Assembly: GCA_947085395.1 (NCBI GenBank)
Contig: CAMTWE010000185.1
Coordinates: forward strand, 1-33,491
DNA: 33,491 nt
Reading direction: 5' to 3'
DNA from: an uncultured Bacteroidota bacterium
GTDB taxonomy: Bacteria; Bacteroidota; Bacteroidia; Flavobacteriales; Flavobacteriaceae
The translations under genes and the position numbers were made by a program. How positions within the stretch are numbered: position 1 is the stretch's first letter; every line of letters starts with the position of its first letter. The notes under the pieces were generated by a model. That model was not told the origin of the DNA and did no database searches. It saw nothing but the letters and a program-made list of their open reading frames with translations. Shown in pieces: positions 1-8,936 of the stretch.

Positions 1-1
1 G

Positions 2-67
2 TTGATAATTCCGACCAATGAAGAAGCAGAAATAGCCAAACAATCGTATGAATTGTTGATGAAATAA
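2..67 (+). CDS. ackA: 3' end of acetate kinase (partial, gene continues upstream of window)
   Basis: Frame 2 reads LIIPTNEEAEIAKQSYELLMK*. An IPTNEE motif near the C-terminus is typical of acetate/propionate kinases. A strong terminator follows. Confidence 0.5.
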   Translation: MIIPTNEEAEIAKQSYELLMK

Positions 68-82
68 AGTGGATTAAGAAAT

Positions 83-129
83 AAAAAAAAGCTCATTAAA
101 TTTAGTGATAAATTTAATGAGCTTTTTTT
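83..129. terminator. Bidirectional intrinsic terminator
   Basis: 13-bp perfect stem GCTCATTAAATTT (91-103) / AAATTTAATGAGC (110-122) with a 6-nt loop. Flanked by A8 (83-90) and T7 (123-129). Lies between convergent genes. Confidence 0.85.
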
Positions 130-163
130 ATAGATACTTATAAGGCATTTAAGTTGATTAGAT

Positions 164-487
164 TTAACTTTTTAAATCTTCATCATCTTTAAAAAATCGT
201 TTAAAACCAATTCTTTTCAGCATTTTCTTTTCCATATTCCAAAAAAATTGATGTTGACCAAAAAGTGTTCCTACAATCACCAATAAAAACTGATAAATAG
301 GGAAAATTAACAATACCCTAACTGGCCAATATAACCATGGGCTTGCTGTATCTCTATCAATTCCAATAAGATGTGTTAAAGGATACGCCAATTTTACTGC
401 TAATGTTCCATTTACCGAAAATACAACCAGAATAATAAACAATTGCCAATTACTAGTAATACCCCATTTTTGTTTTAATTTGTTCAT
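164..487 (-). CDS. Small integral membrane protein, function unknown
   Basis: 107-aa ORF with ATG start, 2-3 hydrophobic helices and a basic C-terminal tail. No recognisable catalytic motif. Confidence 0.7.
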   Translation of the reverse strand: MNKLKQKWGITSNWQLFIILVVFSVNGTLAVKLAYPLTHLIGIDRDTASPWLYWPVRVLLIFPIYQFLLVIVGTLFGQHQFFWNMEKKMLKRIGFKRFFKDDEDLKS

Positions 488-504
488 ATTTTAAAAATAA
501 AGTG

Positions 505-536
505 CAAAAGTAGGGTTTTAATATAAAAATCATCAA
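505..536 (-). promoter_or_regulatory. Candidate Bacteroidota sigma-A promoter for the 164..487 gene
   Basis: On the minus strand: TTG (536-534), 21-nt spacer, TACTTTTG (512-505). The motif ends 17 nt upstream of the ATG. Confidence 0.35.
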
Positions 537-634
537 TATTATTATAAATTTCATTTGTTAAAATTTTTCGTTTTATCAAAAGTTGCTTTTTATTTATCAT
601 TAATAATTTTATACCTTTCCAAAAAAATACCATC

Positions 635-1930
635 ATGAGAAAATTAGCACTACACTGGCAAATATTAATAGGAATGGTTATGGGCGTTTTATTCGCCTTT
701 TTGATGATTAATTTTGATTGGGGAAAACAATTTGTAATTGATTGGATTAAACCTTTCGGAACAATTTTTATTAATTCACTCAAATTAATTGCAGTTCCTT
801 TAATTCTTGCCTCTCTTATTAAAGGAGTATCAGACTTAAAAGATATTTCTAAACTCTCTAAAATGGGAGGTAGAACTTTGGCAATCTATATATTAACTAC
901 AGTAATAGCCGTTTCAATTGGACTTGGAATTGTAAATATTATAAAACCAGGTGATACAATTACCGAGAAAACAAGAAATCAATTGGTAGCAAGTTACAGT
1001 GCCGATGCCAGTTCAAAAATACAAGCCGCAGAAATACAAAAAGAAGCGGGTCCATTACAATCGTTGGTGGATTTGGTGCCGAGTAATATTTTTGCAGCTG
1101 CCAGCGATAATGGTAATATGCTACAAGTAATTTTCTTCGCTATTTTATTAGGTATTGGATTGATCTTAATTCCGGTTGAAAAAGCAGCCCCAGTAAAAGC
1201 TTTTTTTGATAGTTTTAATGAAGTAATCTTAAAAATTATAGATTTAATAATGTTAGTTGCACCTTTTGGTGTTTTTTCATTATTAGCGGCTCTTGTTGTA
1301 GAAGCGCCAAGTTCCGATTTATTTATTGCGCTTTTATGGTATGCTTTTAGTGTATTATTGGGATTAGTAATAGTGATATCTCTTTATGTTTTTTATGTGT
1401 GGATTTATACCAAAAAATCGCCTAAGTTTTTCTTAAATGGAATTTTACCTGCACAATTATTGGCATTTTCAACCAGTTCTAGTGCTGCTACTTTACCAGT
1501 TACTATGGAACGCGTAGAAGAACATCTAGGCGTAGATAATGAAGTGGCAAGTTTTGTATTACCTATTGGAGCTACCATTAATATGGATGGTACTAGTTTG
1601 TATCAGGCAGTAGCTGCAGTATTTATTGCCCAAGCATTTGGAATGGATTTAAGCTTGTCAGTTCAATTAGGAATTATTATAACGGCAACTTTAGCTTCCA
1701 TCGGTTCTGCAGCAGTTCCAGGTGCGGGAATGGTAATGTTGGTGATAGTATTGGCACAAGCCGGAATCCCAGAAGCTGGATTGGCACTTATTTTTGCAAT
1801 AGACAGACCTTTAGATATGTGTAGAACCACTGTAAATGTTACTGGTGATGCTTGCGTTTCTATGCTTATTGCCAAATCACTTGGTAAATTAGGTGAGCCC
1901 AAAGTAAAAAATTGGGATGATCAATTATAA
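635..1930 (+). CDS. Dicarboxylate/amino acid:cation symporter (DAACS / glutamate transporter family)
   Basis: 431 aa with multiple TM segments. Family motifs SSSAATLP, NMDGT and DRPLDMCRTTVNVTGD are present. Confidence 0.9.
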   Translation: MRKLALHWQILIGMVMGVLFAFLMINFDWGKQFVIDWIKPFGTIFINSLKLIAVPLILASLIKGVSDLKDISKLSKMGGRTLAIYILTTVIAVSIGLGIVNIIKPGDTITEKTRNQLVASYSADASSKIQAAEIQKEAGPLQSLVDLVPSNIFAAASDNGNMLQVIFFAILLGIGLILIPVEKAAPVKAFFDSFNEVILKIIDLIMLVAPFGVFSLLAALVVEAPSSDLFIALLWYAFSVLLGLVIVISLYVFYVWIYTKKSPKFFLNGILPAQLLAFSTSSSAATLPVTMERVEEHLGVDNEVASFVLPIGATINMDGTSLYQAVAAVFIAQAFGMDLSLSVQLGIIITATLASIGSAAVPGAGMVMLVIVLAQAGIPEAGLALIFAIDRPLDMCRTTVNVTGDACVSMLIAKSLGKLGEPKVKNWDDQL

Positions 1931-1980
1931 ATAATTTAATTTCTTTAATTATTATATTTTAAACCAAATGGTTTAATTGG

Positions 1981-2002
1981 AACTCCCTTCGGGGAGTTTT
2001 TT
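1981..2002 (+). terminator. Intrinsic terminator of the symporter gene
   Basis: AACTCCC-TTCG-GGGAGTT hairpin followed by a T-run. Confidence 0.8.
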
Positions 2003-2139
2003 AGTTATTACATTTAAGTTATTTCTACTCTTTTGATTATAGAATTAATTTATTCAAACATAATTATAAAAGAACCAAATACCTGAGAAATATTAATCAG
2101 ATTATTTAATTTTCACTTTCAAATTTTAAAACGCATTCA

Positions 2140-2418
2140 ATGCTCAAATTTTTTAAAAATCTTGCTTTTGTAGAAGGAATTTCTGCTATTTTACTGTTCT
2201 TTTTTGCTATGCCCATGAAATATATTTTTGACAATCCAATTTTTGTAAAGCATATTGGAATGGCTCATGGAATATTATTTATTGCATATATTATAATTGC
2301 AACTTCTTTAAAATTCTCGCATCAATGGGGATTAAAAAAGTATAGTATTATTTGCTTGGCGTCAATTCCTCCCTTCGGAACTTTTTATATCGAAAGAAAA
2401 TATTTGAGAAACGTATAA
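2140..2418 (+). CDS. Small membrane protein (DUF3817-like)
   Basis: 92 aa with 3 predicted TM helices. The N-terminal FVEGISAILLFF pattern resembles the DUF3817 family. Confidence 0.65.
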   Translation: MLKFFKNLAFVEGISAILLFFFAMPMKYIFDNPIFVKHIGMAHGILFIAYIIIATSLKFSHQWGLKKYSIICLASIPPFGTFYIERKYLRNV

Positions 2419-2443
2419 TTTATTTAAGTGAATAAAAAATACT

Positions 2444-2851
2444 TTATAAAAATCGATTGAGATTTTCAGGTGTTGGAATCAAACAAACATCTTTTTTTCC
2501 AAACCATGAATATCTATTGTTGGCAATAATTATATAAATAAAATCTCGAAGTTTCTTCGGAATATATTTTAAGTAATATAAGTGTTTTAAAGGCGATTTC
2601 AGTTTTTTGAAAATATTTAAAATTGCATCAGATTTTAAAAATAACAATCCGTTTTCATACAATACAATTGTATTTATTGTTGATGGATTCATTTTTTTAT
2701 CCGTAAAAAAGTCTTTTGAAAATTTAGAAGTGAGCGGTGTGAATTTAAAATAAGCAGCAATATCTCGCTCCAAAATAAAATTTACAGATGAATTGCAGAG
2801 TTTACAATTTCCATCAAAAAAAATAATTGCAATATTTTCTTTATTTTCCAC
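2444..2851 (-). CDS. Thiol-disulfide oxidoreductase, DCC family (DUF393)
   Basis: An N-terminal IIFFDGNCKLCN motif (CxxC) is typical of DCC proteins. The start codon is GTG (plus-strand CAC at 2849-2851), with no in-frame ATG upstream of the motif. Confidence 0.8.
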   Translation of the reverse strand: MENKENIAIIFFDGNCKLCNSSVNFILERDIAAYFKFTPLTSKFSKDFFTDKKMNPSTINTIVLYENGLLFLKSDAILNIFKKLKSPLKHLYYLKYIPKKLRDFIYIIIANNRYSWFGKKDVCLIPTPENLNRFL

Positions 2852-2947
2852 TTTTCAAAGTTACATAATTCATTTTGATTCGTCTTTTAACAAAATATTT
2901 AATTAATTTTGAATGGCATTCGCTAATTTCGTAATAAATAATTATTA

Positions 2948-3640
2948 ATGATATCAATTAGAAATCTTCATAAATCTTACCCAATGGGTAAAGATTCCTT
3001 ACACGTTTTAAAGGGTTTGAATTTAGAAATAAAAGAAGGTGAGTTTGTCTCAATTATGGGCTCATCGGGTTCTGGAAAATCTACACTTTTAAATATCGTC
3101 GGATTGTTAGATGAGCATGATACAGGTGAATACTATCTCAACAATCAGAAAATTGAAAAATTAGATGAAAGAAAAGCAGCCATCCTTAGAAATAAATTTT
3201 TAGGATTTGTATTTCAATCATTTAATTTAATTAATTATAAAAGTGCCTTAGAAAATGTGGCTTTACCACTTTATTATAAAGGAATTGGCAGAAAAGAACG
3301 CAATGCCATTGCCCTAGAATATTTAGATAAAGTAGGTTTAAAAGATAGAGCAGAACATTTGCCCAATGAACTTTCTGGTGGTGAAAAACAACGAGTTGCC
3401 ATAGCGCGTGCTTTGGTTACAAATCCGAAAGTTGTTTTAGCAGATGAACCAACAGGTGCACTAGATTCTGTTAATTCACGTACTGTGATGGAGTTGTTAA
3501 AAGAAATTAACCGCAGTGGTATGACCGTTTTTGTGATTACCCACGAAGAAGATATTGCAGCTGAAACAGATAGAATTGTGCGTTTAAAAGATGGGGTTAT
3601 TATTAGTGATGAAAAAACAATTAAAAAAACAATCGTATAA
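2948..3640 (+). CDS. ABC transporter ATP-binding protein (MacB/LolD-type)
   Basis: Walker [10 protein letters not shown], signature LSGGEKQR, Walker B VLADEPT. Confidence 0.95.
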   Translation: MISIRNLHKSYPMGKDSLHVLKGLNLEIKEGEFVSIMGSSGSGKSTLLNIVGLLDEHDTGEYYLNNQKIEKLDERKAAILRNKFLGFVFQSFNLINYKSALENVALPLYYKGIGRKERNAIALEYLDKVGLKDRAEHLPNELSGGEKQRVAIARALVTNPKVVLADEPTGALDSVNSRTVMELLKEINRSGMTVFVITHEEDIAAETDRIVRLKDGVIISDEKTIKKTIV

Positions 3641-3643
3641 ATT

Positions 3644-4876
3644 ATGTTTGATTTAGATCGTTGGCAAGAAGTTTTTCAAACAATTAGAAAAAATAAATTA
3701 AGAACTGTACTTGCGGGCTTTACCATAGCTTTTGCTATTTTATTATTTACTTTATTGTTTGGTATTGCAAACGGTTTAAAAAATACTTTTGCAAAACAAT
3801 TTGCAGGAGATTCTCAAAATTCTGTTTATATAAGATCTGGTAGTACTACCAAGCCATATAAGGGCTTACAAAGCGGCAGAAAAGTTCAGTTGAGAAATGA
3901 TGATTCAAAATTCATCAATGAAAAATTTGAAGATGACATACAGTTCTTTAGCCCAAACATCCAACGTAATAATGTTCAGGCAATATATAAAGGAGAACAA
4001 AATAGGTACACCGTAAGAGGTGTTTATCCAGATTATCAACCTTTAGAATCTGCAGATATTAAAGAAGGTCGTTTTTTAAGTTTTATTGATTTAAAGAAAA
4101 AAGCAAAAGTTATTGCCATTGGCAGGTTGGTAGAAGAAGATTTGTTTGGAGGTATCAGCGCTTTAGGTAAAAATATTAGTTTGGATGGAATTTCTTATAA
4201 AGTGATAGGCGTTTTTAATGATCCTGGTGGTGACCAAGATGAACGATTTATTTATGCGCCTTTTACCACAATCCAATCTATGTACAAACCATTTGATGAA
4301 ATTGATCAATTTGGACTTACCTATAATCCGAAATTAAATATTGAACAAGCCTTGTTGTTTACCAATTTACTCACCAAAGTATTAAAGGAAAAACACGGAG
4401 TAGACCCAAAAGATCAAGCCGCTATTCGTGTTCAAAATTATGCCGAAGGCGCCAAAAATGTACAACAATTTATGATGGTTTTAAATGTAATAATCCTTTT
4501 TATTGGTATAGGAACTTTGGTTGCAGGTATTATTGGTATTAGTAATATTATGGTTTATATTGTAAAAGAAAGAACCAAAGAATTGGGCATTAGAAAAGCA
4601 TTAGGAGCAACCCCCAATTCTATTATCGGAATGATAATGTTAGAATCAATTTTTGTAACGGCAATTGCGGGTTATGCCGGTTTATTAATTGGCGTATTTA
4701 CCCTTAAAGCAATTGGAAAAAGTTTAGAAAAATATTTTATTTTAAATCCAAGTGTTGAAACTTATGTAGTAATTGGGGCTACTATTATTTTAATTATAGC
4801 AGGTACCATAGCAGGTTATATTCCAGCTAAAAGAGCCGCGAGTATCAAACCAATTGTAGCACTAAACGACGAATAA
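3644..4876 (+). CDS. ABC transporter permease, FtsX/MacB-type (paralogue 1)
   Basis: 410 aa. N-terminal TM helix, large periplasmic domain, then a C-terminal FtsX 3-TM block (ERTKELGIRKALGA). Starts 3 nt after the ATPase gene. Confidence 0.9.
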   Translation: MFDLDRWQEVFQTIRKNKLRTVLAGFTIAFAILLFTLLFGIANGLKNTFAKQFAGDSQNSVYIRSGSTTKPYKGLQSGRKVQLRNDDSKFINEKFEDDIQFFSPNIQRNNVQAIYKGEQNRYTVRGVYPDYQPLESADIKEGRFLSFIDLKKKAKVIAIGRLVEEDLFGGISALGKNISLDGISYKVIGVFNDPGGDQDERFIYAPFTTIQSMYKPFDEIDQFGLTYNPKLNIEQALLFTNLLTKVLKEKHGVDPKDQAAIRVQNYAEGAKNVQQFMMVLNVIILFIGIGTLVAGIIGISNIMVYIVKERTKELGIRKALGATPNSIIGMIMLESIFVTAIAGYAGLLIGVFTLKAIGKSLEKYFILNPSVETYVVIGATIILIIAGTIAGYIPAKRAASIKPIVALNDE

Positions 4877-4878
4877 TT

Positions 4879-6123
4879 ATGAAGTTTATATTTGATTCTG
4901 ATACTTGGCAAGAAATTTTTAGCAGCATTCGTAAAAATAAAATACGAACCGGAATTACCATAATTGGGGTGATGTGGGGAATATTTTTATTGATAGTTTT
5001 ATTAGGAGCCGCAAAAGGAGTAGAGAATAATTTTAACAGATTATTTGGTGATTTTGCTACCAACAGCGTATTTGTTTGGGCGCAACAAACCAGCAAACCT
5101 TTTAAAGGATTTCAGGAAGGAAGAAGTTTAACCCTTAAAATGTCTGATTTAGAAAGTATCAGAAAAGAAATTAAAGGATTGGAATTTGTAGTGCCGCGTC
5201 ATCAAACCCAAGGAATAGCTGTTAATAAATTTAAAACAGGAAATTTTGGCGTTTTTGGTGATTATCCAGAGTTAGATAAAGTTCAAAAAAGAAATTTAAT
5301 TCAAGGTAGATTTATCAATAACAACGATATCAAAGAAAAGAAGAAAGTTTGTGTTATTGAAGAAGAAATTTACAAACAACTTTTTGATAAAGATGAAAAT
5401 CCTATTGGGCAATACATCAAAATAAACGGTATCAACTACAATGTTGTTGGTATGTATAAAGAGGGACAAGTGGGTTCTGGTGGACCACAAGGAAATATTC
5501 ATATTCCGTTTACCACCTTTCAACAAGTATATAATAGAGGTGATAGTGTAGGTTGGATGATGATTACCGGTCAGCCGGGGTTTGATATTACCCAAATAGA
5601 AGCCGATTTAAAATTACTGTTGAAAACATTACACAAAGTACATCCACAAGATGAAAGAGCTTTTGGTAGTTTTAATTTAGGAAAAGAAATTGCTAAAGTA
5701 ACCGGTTTTTTAATTGGGATGCAGTTTTTAACCTGGTTTGTAGGAATTGCAACCTTAATTGCAGGCGTTTTTGCCATCGGTAATATTTTATTGATAACCG
5801 TAAAAGAACGTACCAAAGAAATAGGAATTAGACGCGCAATTGGAGCAAAACCTTGGGAAATTAAAAGACATATTATTTTAGAATCTGTTTTTTTAACCAG
5901 TATTGCTGGCGCTATAGGAATTATTTTAGGCGGTTTAGTTTTGATGATAATTGATGCAACAATAGGACAAGGTGATGAACCCGCTTTAACAAACCCAACA
6001 GTTGATATACCAGTTATTATTATATCAGCCGTTACCTTGGTAGTTTTGGGATCCTTAATTGGATTGATTCCTGCGCACACTGCTGTAAGTATCAGACCAA
6101 TTGAGGCCTTAAGAGAAGAGTAA
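4879..6123 (+). CDS. ABC transporter permease, FtsX/MacB-type (paralogue 2)
   Basis: 414 aa with the same architecture (ERTKEIGIRRAIGA). Starts 2 nt after the previous permease. Confidence 0.9.
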   Translation: MKFIFDSDTWQEIFSSIRKNKIRTGITIIGVMWGIFLLIVLLGAAKGVENNFNRLFGDFATNSVFVWAQQTSKPFKGFQEGRSLTLKMSDLESIRKEIKGLEFVVPRHQTQGIAVNKFKTGNFGVFGDYPELDKVQKRNLIQGRFINNNDIKEKKKVCVIEEEIYKQLFDKDENPIGQYIKINGINYNVVGMYKEGQVGSGGPQGNIHIPFTTFQQVYNRGDSVGWMMITGQPGFDITQIEADLKLLLKTLHKVHPQDERAFGSFNLGKEIAKVTGFLIGMQFLTWFVGIATLIAGVFAIGNILLITVKERTKEIGIRRAIGAKPWEIKRHIILESVFLTSIAGAIGIILGGLVLMIIDATIGQGDEPALTNPTVDIPVIIISAVTLVVLGSLIGLIPAHTAVSIRPIEALREE

Positions 6124-6124
6124 T

Positions 6125-6196
6125 CAATTGTCAATTGAAAATTAAAAATGAACCCTTCGACATGGCTCAGGGCAAGAAATTAAAAATTAAAAATGG
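6125..6196. repeat. Interspersed intergenic repeat, copy A (CAATTGNCAATTGA ... CCCTTCGACA..TCAGGGCA.GAAATTAAAAATTAAAAATGG)
   Basis: Near-identical to 10652-10710. The CCCT/AGGG core is much more GC-rich than its surroundings. Confidence 0.75.
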
Positions 6197-6220
6197 AAAA
6201 TAAATATATTTAGTTGAAGG

Positions 6221-6310
6221 TCTTTCAATCTTTGAATTGTTGAATCATTCAATCATTCAATCATACAATCTTTTAATCTTTAAATAATTAAACATTTCAG
6301 TCTTTTAATC
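6221..6310. repeat. Low-complexity 'word-stutter' tract (TCAATC / TTAATC words)
   Basis: Reads tctttcaatctttgaattgttgaatcattcaatcattcaatcatacaatcttttaatc... Confidence 0.6.
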
Positions 6311-6330
6311 AAAAATAAAAATAAATTATA

Positions 6331-7443
6331 ATGAAAAAAACAATCATATTTGGATCTTTAGCATTAGCACTTATCGCTATTTTAGTTTGGTTTGCATCAA
6401 AAAACAGTAAATCACCCATTCAGTTTGAAACAGAAAAACCATTTAAAACAAACATAGTAAGAAAAACTGTGGCCACCGGTAAAGTAATTCCGTTAGAGGA
6501 AGCTGAAATTAAACCAAAAGTATCCGGAATTATAGAAGAAATTTTTGTAGAAGAAGGGGCAAAAGTTAAAGCCGGAGATTTAATTGCAACAATTAGAGTT
6601 GTACCAAATGTGCAATCTTTAAATACTGCACAAGGAAATGTTACCACGGCTCAGTTAAGATTCAATAACAACAAAACTTTGTATGATAGAAACAAAAATC
6701 TTTTTGAAAAAGGTATTATTTCTAAACAAGAGTTTGAAGCATCAGAATTAAACTATAACAGTACAGCCCAAGATTTAAAAATTGCGCAAAACAATTTAGA
6801 TATCATTAAAAAAGGTTCGGCTGCTGGCATGGGAAAAACAGCCAATACTTATGTAAAAGCAGAGATTTCTGGTACTATTTTAGAAATTCCTGTTAGAAAA
6901 GGAACGCAAGTTATTGAAAGTAATACTTTTAATGCCGGAACTACCATTGCTACCATTGCAGATATGACCAAAATGATTTTTGAAGGAAAAGTAGATGAAG
7001 CCGAAGTAGGAAAAATTAAAAACGGAACTGTTTTAGAAGTTTCTTTGGGCGCTATTGAAAAGAAAAAATATTTAGCCAAATTAAATTTTATCGCTCCAAA
7101 AGGAACAGAAGAAAACGGAGCTGTGCAATTTAAAATTAAAGGTGATGTTACTTTAGACGAACAATTTTTTGTAAGAGCTGGTTATAGCGCCAATGCAGAT
7201 ATAGTTTTAGAGAAAAAAGACAATGTTTTATCAATTAAAGAGGCCTTATTACAATTTGATAAAAAAACAGATGCGCCTTATGTAGAAGTGAAAGTTGGAG
7301 ATCAGAAATTTGAAAGACGCAATGTAGAATTGGGTATTTCTGATGGCGTAAATGTTGAAATTATCAAAGGAATTACTATCAAAGATGATATCAAAATTTG
7401 GAATAAAACTTCTAAAAAAGAAGAAAAAGAGGAAGATAAATAA
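6331..7443 (+). CDS. Efflux transporter periplasmic adaptor subunit (HlyD/MacA-type membrane fusion protein)
   Basis: 370 aa. N-terminal membrane anchor, lipoyl-like segment (KVKAGDLIATI), coiled-coil hairpin region and beta-barrel C-terminus. Adjacent to the MacB-type genes. Confidence 0.85.
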   Translation: MKKTIIFGSLALALIAILVWFASKNSKSPIQFETEKPFKTNIVRKTVATGKVIPLEEAEIKPKVSGIIEEIFVEEGAKVKAGDLIATIRVVPNVQSLNTAQGNVTTAQLRFNNNKTLYDRNKNLFEKGIISKQEFEASELNYNSTAQDLKIAQNNLDIIKKGSAAGMGKTANTYVKAEISGTILEIPVRKGTQVIESNTFNAGTTIATIADMTKMIFEGKVDEAEVGKIKNGTVLEVSLGAIEKKKYLAKLNFIAPKGTEENGAVQFKIKGDVTLDEQFFVRAGYSANADIVLEKKDNVLSIKEALLQFDKKTDAPYVEVKVGDQKFERRNVELGISDGVNVEIIKGITIKDDIKIWNKTSKKEEKEEDK

Positions 7444-7468
7444 TCGTAAATAAATGTATAAATCCATC

Positions 7469-7502
7469 AAAAAGCAGCTTAGGAATTCAAAGCTGCTTTT
7501 TT
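7469..7502 (+). terminator. Intrinsic terminator after the adaptor gene
   Basis: AAAAGCAGCTT / AAGCTGCTTTT stem followed by T6. Confidence 0.8.
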
Positions 7503-7596
7503 AATGTAAAAACTTTAAAAAAAGTGATATTTATCAGTTAGAAAAATAAAAATTATTCCGATATTTATATCAAATAATTTAAAAACATATAAAGCC

Positions 7597-7980
7597 ATGG
7601 AGACCAAATTAATTTATCTTAGTGATTTAGAATTTAATCTAAGAGTGTGGAAAAGAGAACTTAAATTTCATAAAGAAGAATTAAAAAAATTTGAAAAGCA
7701 ATTAGAAGATATTGCTGCTAGAAATTTAGGAATTGATGCAATGGCACCATTAGAAGGATTTCAAAATAAAATCATTAAGGAAAAAGAGGTCATTGATAAA
7801 TTATTGCAAAAAATAAGGATAAAAAAAAGAGCCGTTAAAAGAGCTGATTTGCACGAAGAAATAGACGGTAGATTGCTAAAAGAACAAGAACCACTTAGAG
7901 ATGATATGAAAACTTATGTGCGGCTTCATTACGATTTAAAAGAAGCACTGATGGATTTCTTCATCAAATGGTTAAAATAA
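7597..7980 (+). CDS. Hypothetical helical / coiled-coil protein
   Basis: 127 aa, charged and heptad-like, with no motif I recognise. Bounded by terminators on both sides, so it looks monocistronic. Confidence 0.6.
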   Translation: METKLIYLSDLEFNLRVWKRELKFHKEELKKFEKQLEDIAARNLGIDAMAPLEGFQNKIIKEKEVIDKLLQKIRIKKRAVKRADLHEEIDGRLLKEQEPLRDDMKTYVRLHYDLKEALMDFFIKWLK

Positions 7981-7982
7981 AA

Positions 7983-8011
7983 AAAATCGTCCCAATTTGG
8001 GACGATTTTTT
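7983..8011. terminator. Bidirectional intrinsic terminator
   Basis: AAAATCGTCCCA / TGGGACGATTTT stem with A-run and T-run flanks, between convergent genes. Confidence 0.85.
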
Positions 8012-8025
8012 GCTTTAAGATGTTT

Positions 8026-8913
8026 TTATACAAACTGTTTTGAAATAATTTCTGCTTTTTTACTAGCTGAATAATCATAAAAACCTTCGCCAGATTTTAC
8101 ACCTAATTTTCCGGCAGTAACCATGTTAACTAATAACGGACAAGGAGCGTATTTCGGATTTCCAAATCCGTCTTGCAATACTTTTAAAATAGATAAACAA
8201 ACATCTAGCCCAATAAAATCTGCCAATTGTAACGGACCCATAGGGTGCGCCATGCCTAATTTCATCACCGTATCAATTTCATAAACACCGGCAACACCTT
8301 CGTATAAGGAATAAATAGCTTCATTTATCATCGGCATCAAAATACGATTGGCAACAAAACCAGGATAATCATTTACTTCAACCGGCACTTTATTTAACTT
8401 TTTAGAAAGTTCCATAATAGTTTCGGTAACTTCATCAGAAGTAGAATATCCTCTAATAATCTCTACCAATTTCATAATAGGCACCGGATTCATAAAATGC
8501 ATTCCAATTATTTTATCTGGTCGATTGGTTACAGATCCAATTTTAGTAATTGAGATTGAAGAAGTATTGGTAGATAAAATTGTATGTGCAGCACAAACTT
8601 CATCTAATTCTTTAAAAATTTTAAGTTTTAAATCGATGTTTTCAGTAGCGGCTTCTACCACTAAATCAACATTTAAAACCCCCTCTTTTACCACTGTAAA
8701 AGTTTTGATGTTTTGAAGTGTTTGTAGTTTTAATTCTGCACTAATTTGTTCTTTTGTAACCATTCTATCCAAATTAGAAGTGATGGTTGCAATGCCTTTT
8801 TCTAAGGCCTTACTCGATACATCAATTAAATGAACCTGATATCCAAATTGTGCAAAAGTGTGTGCTATTCCATTTCCCATGGTTCCAGCTCCTATAACGG
8901 CAATGTTTTTCAT
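8026..8913 (-). CDS. hbd: 3-hydroxyacyl-CoA / 3-hydroxybutyryl-CoA dehydrogenase
   Basis: 295 aa. N-terminal Rossmann motif AVIGAGTMGNGIAH and a 3HCDH C-terminal domain pattern (GFVANR, MGPLQLADFIGLD). Confidence 0.9.
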   Translation of the reverse strand: MKNIAVIGAGTMGNGIAHTFAQFGYQVHLIDVSSKALEKGIATITSNLDRMVTKEQISAELKLQTLQNIKTFTVVKEGVLNVDLVVEAATENIDLKLKIFKELDEVCAAHTILSTNTSSISITKIGSVTNRPDKIIGMHFMNPVPIMKLVEIIRGYSTSDEVTETIMELSKKLNKVPVEVNDYPGFVANRILMPMINEAIYSLYEGVAGVYEIDTVMKLGMAHPMGPLQLADFIGLDVCLSILKVLQDGFGNPKYAPCPLLVNMVTAGKLGVKSGEGFYDYSASKKAEIISKQFV

Positions 8914-8936
8914 TGTATTAAATTTATATTTATTGA

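Noticed and set aside
484-783. 99-aa minus-strand ORF spanning the divergent promoter region and the 5' end of the symporter gene.
   Set aside because: It overlaps the start of the DAACS gene and the promoter candidate. The protein is low-complexity with no signal or motif. It would also overlap the stop-proximal codon of no gene, so no operon logic supports it.
5571-6134. 187-aa ORF antisense to the second FtsX permease. Similar antisense ORFs lie at 4845..5096, 5296..5595, 6420..6647, 6849..7079 and 7249..7470.
   Set aside because: Fully embedded opposite well-supported genes. The sequence is low-complexity (I/K/P/T-rich), with no start context, promoter or motif. This is a typical shadow ORF.
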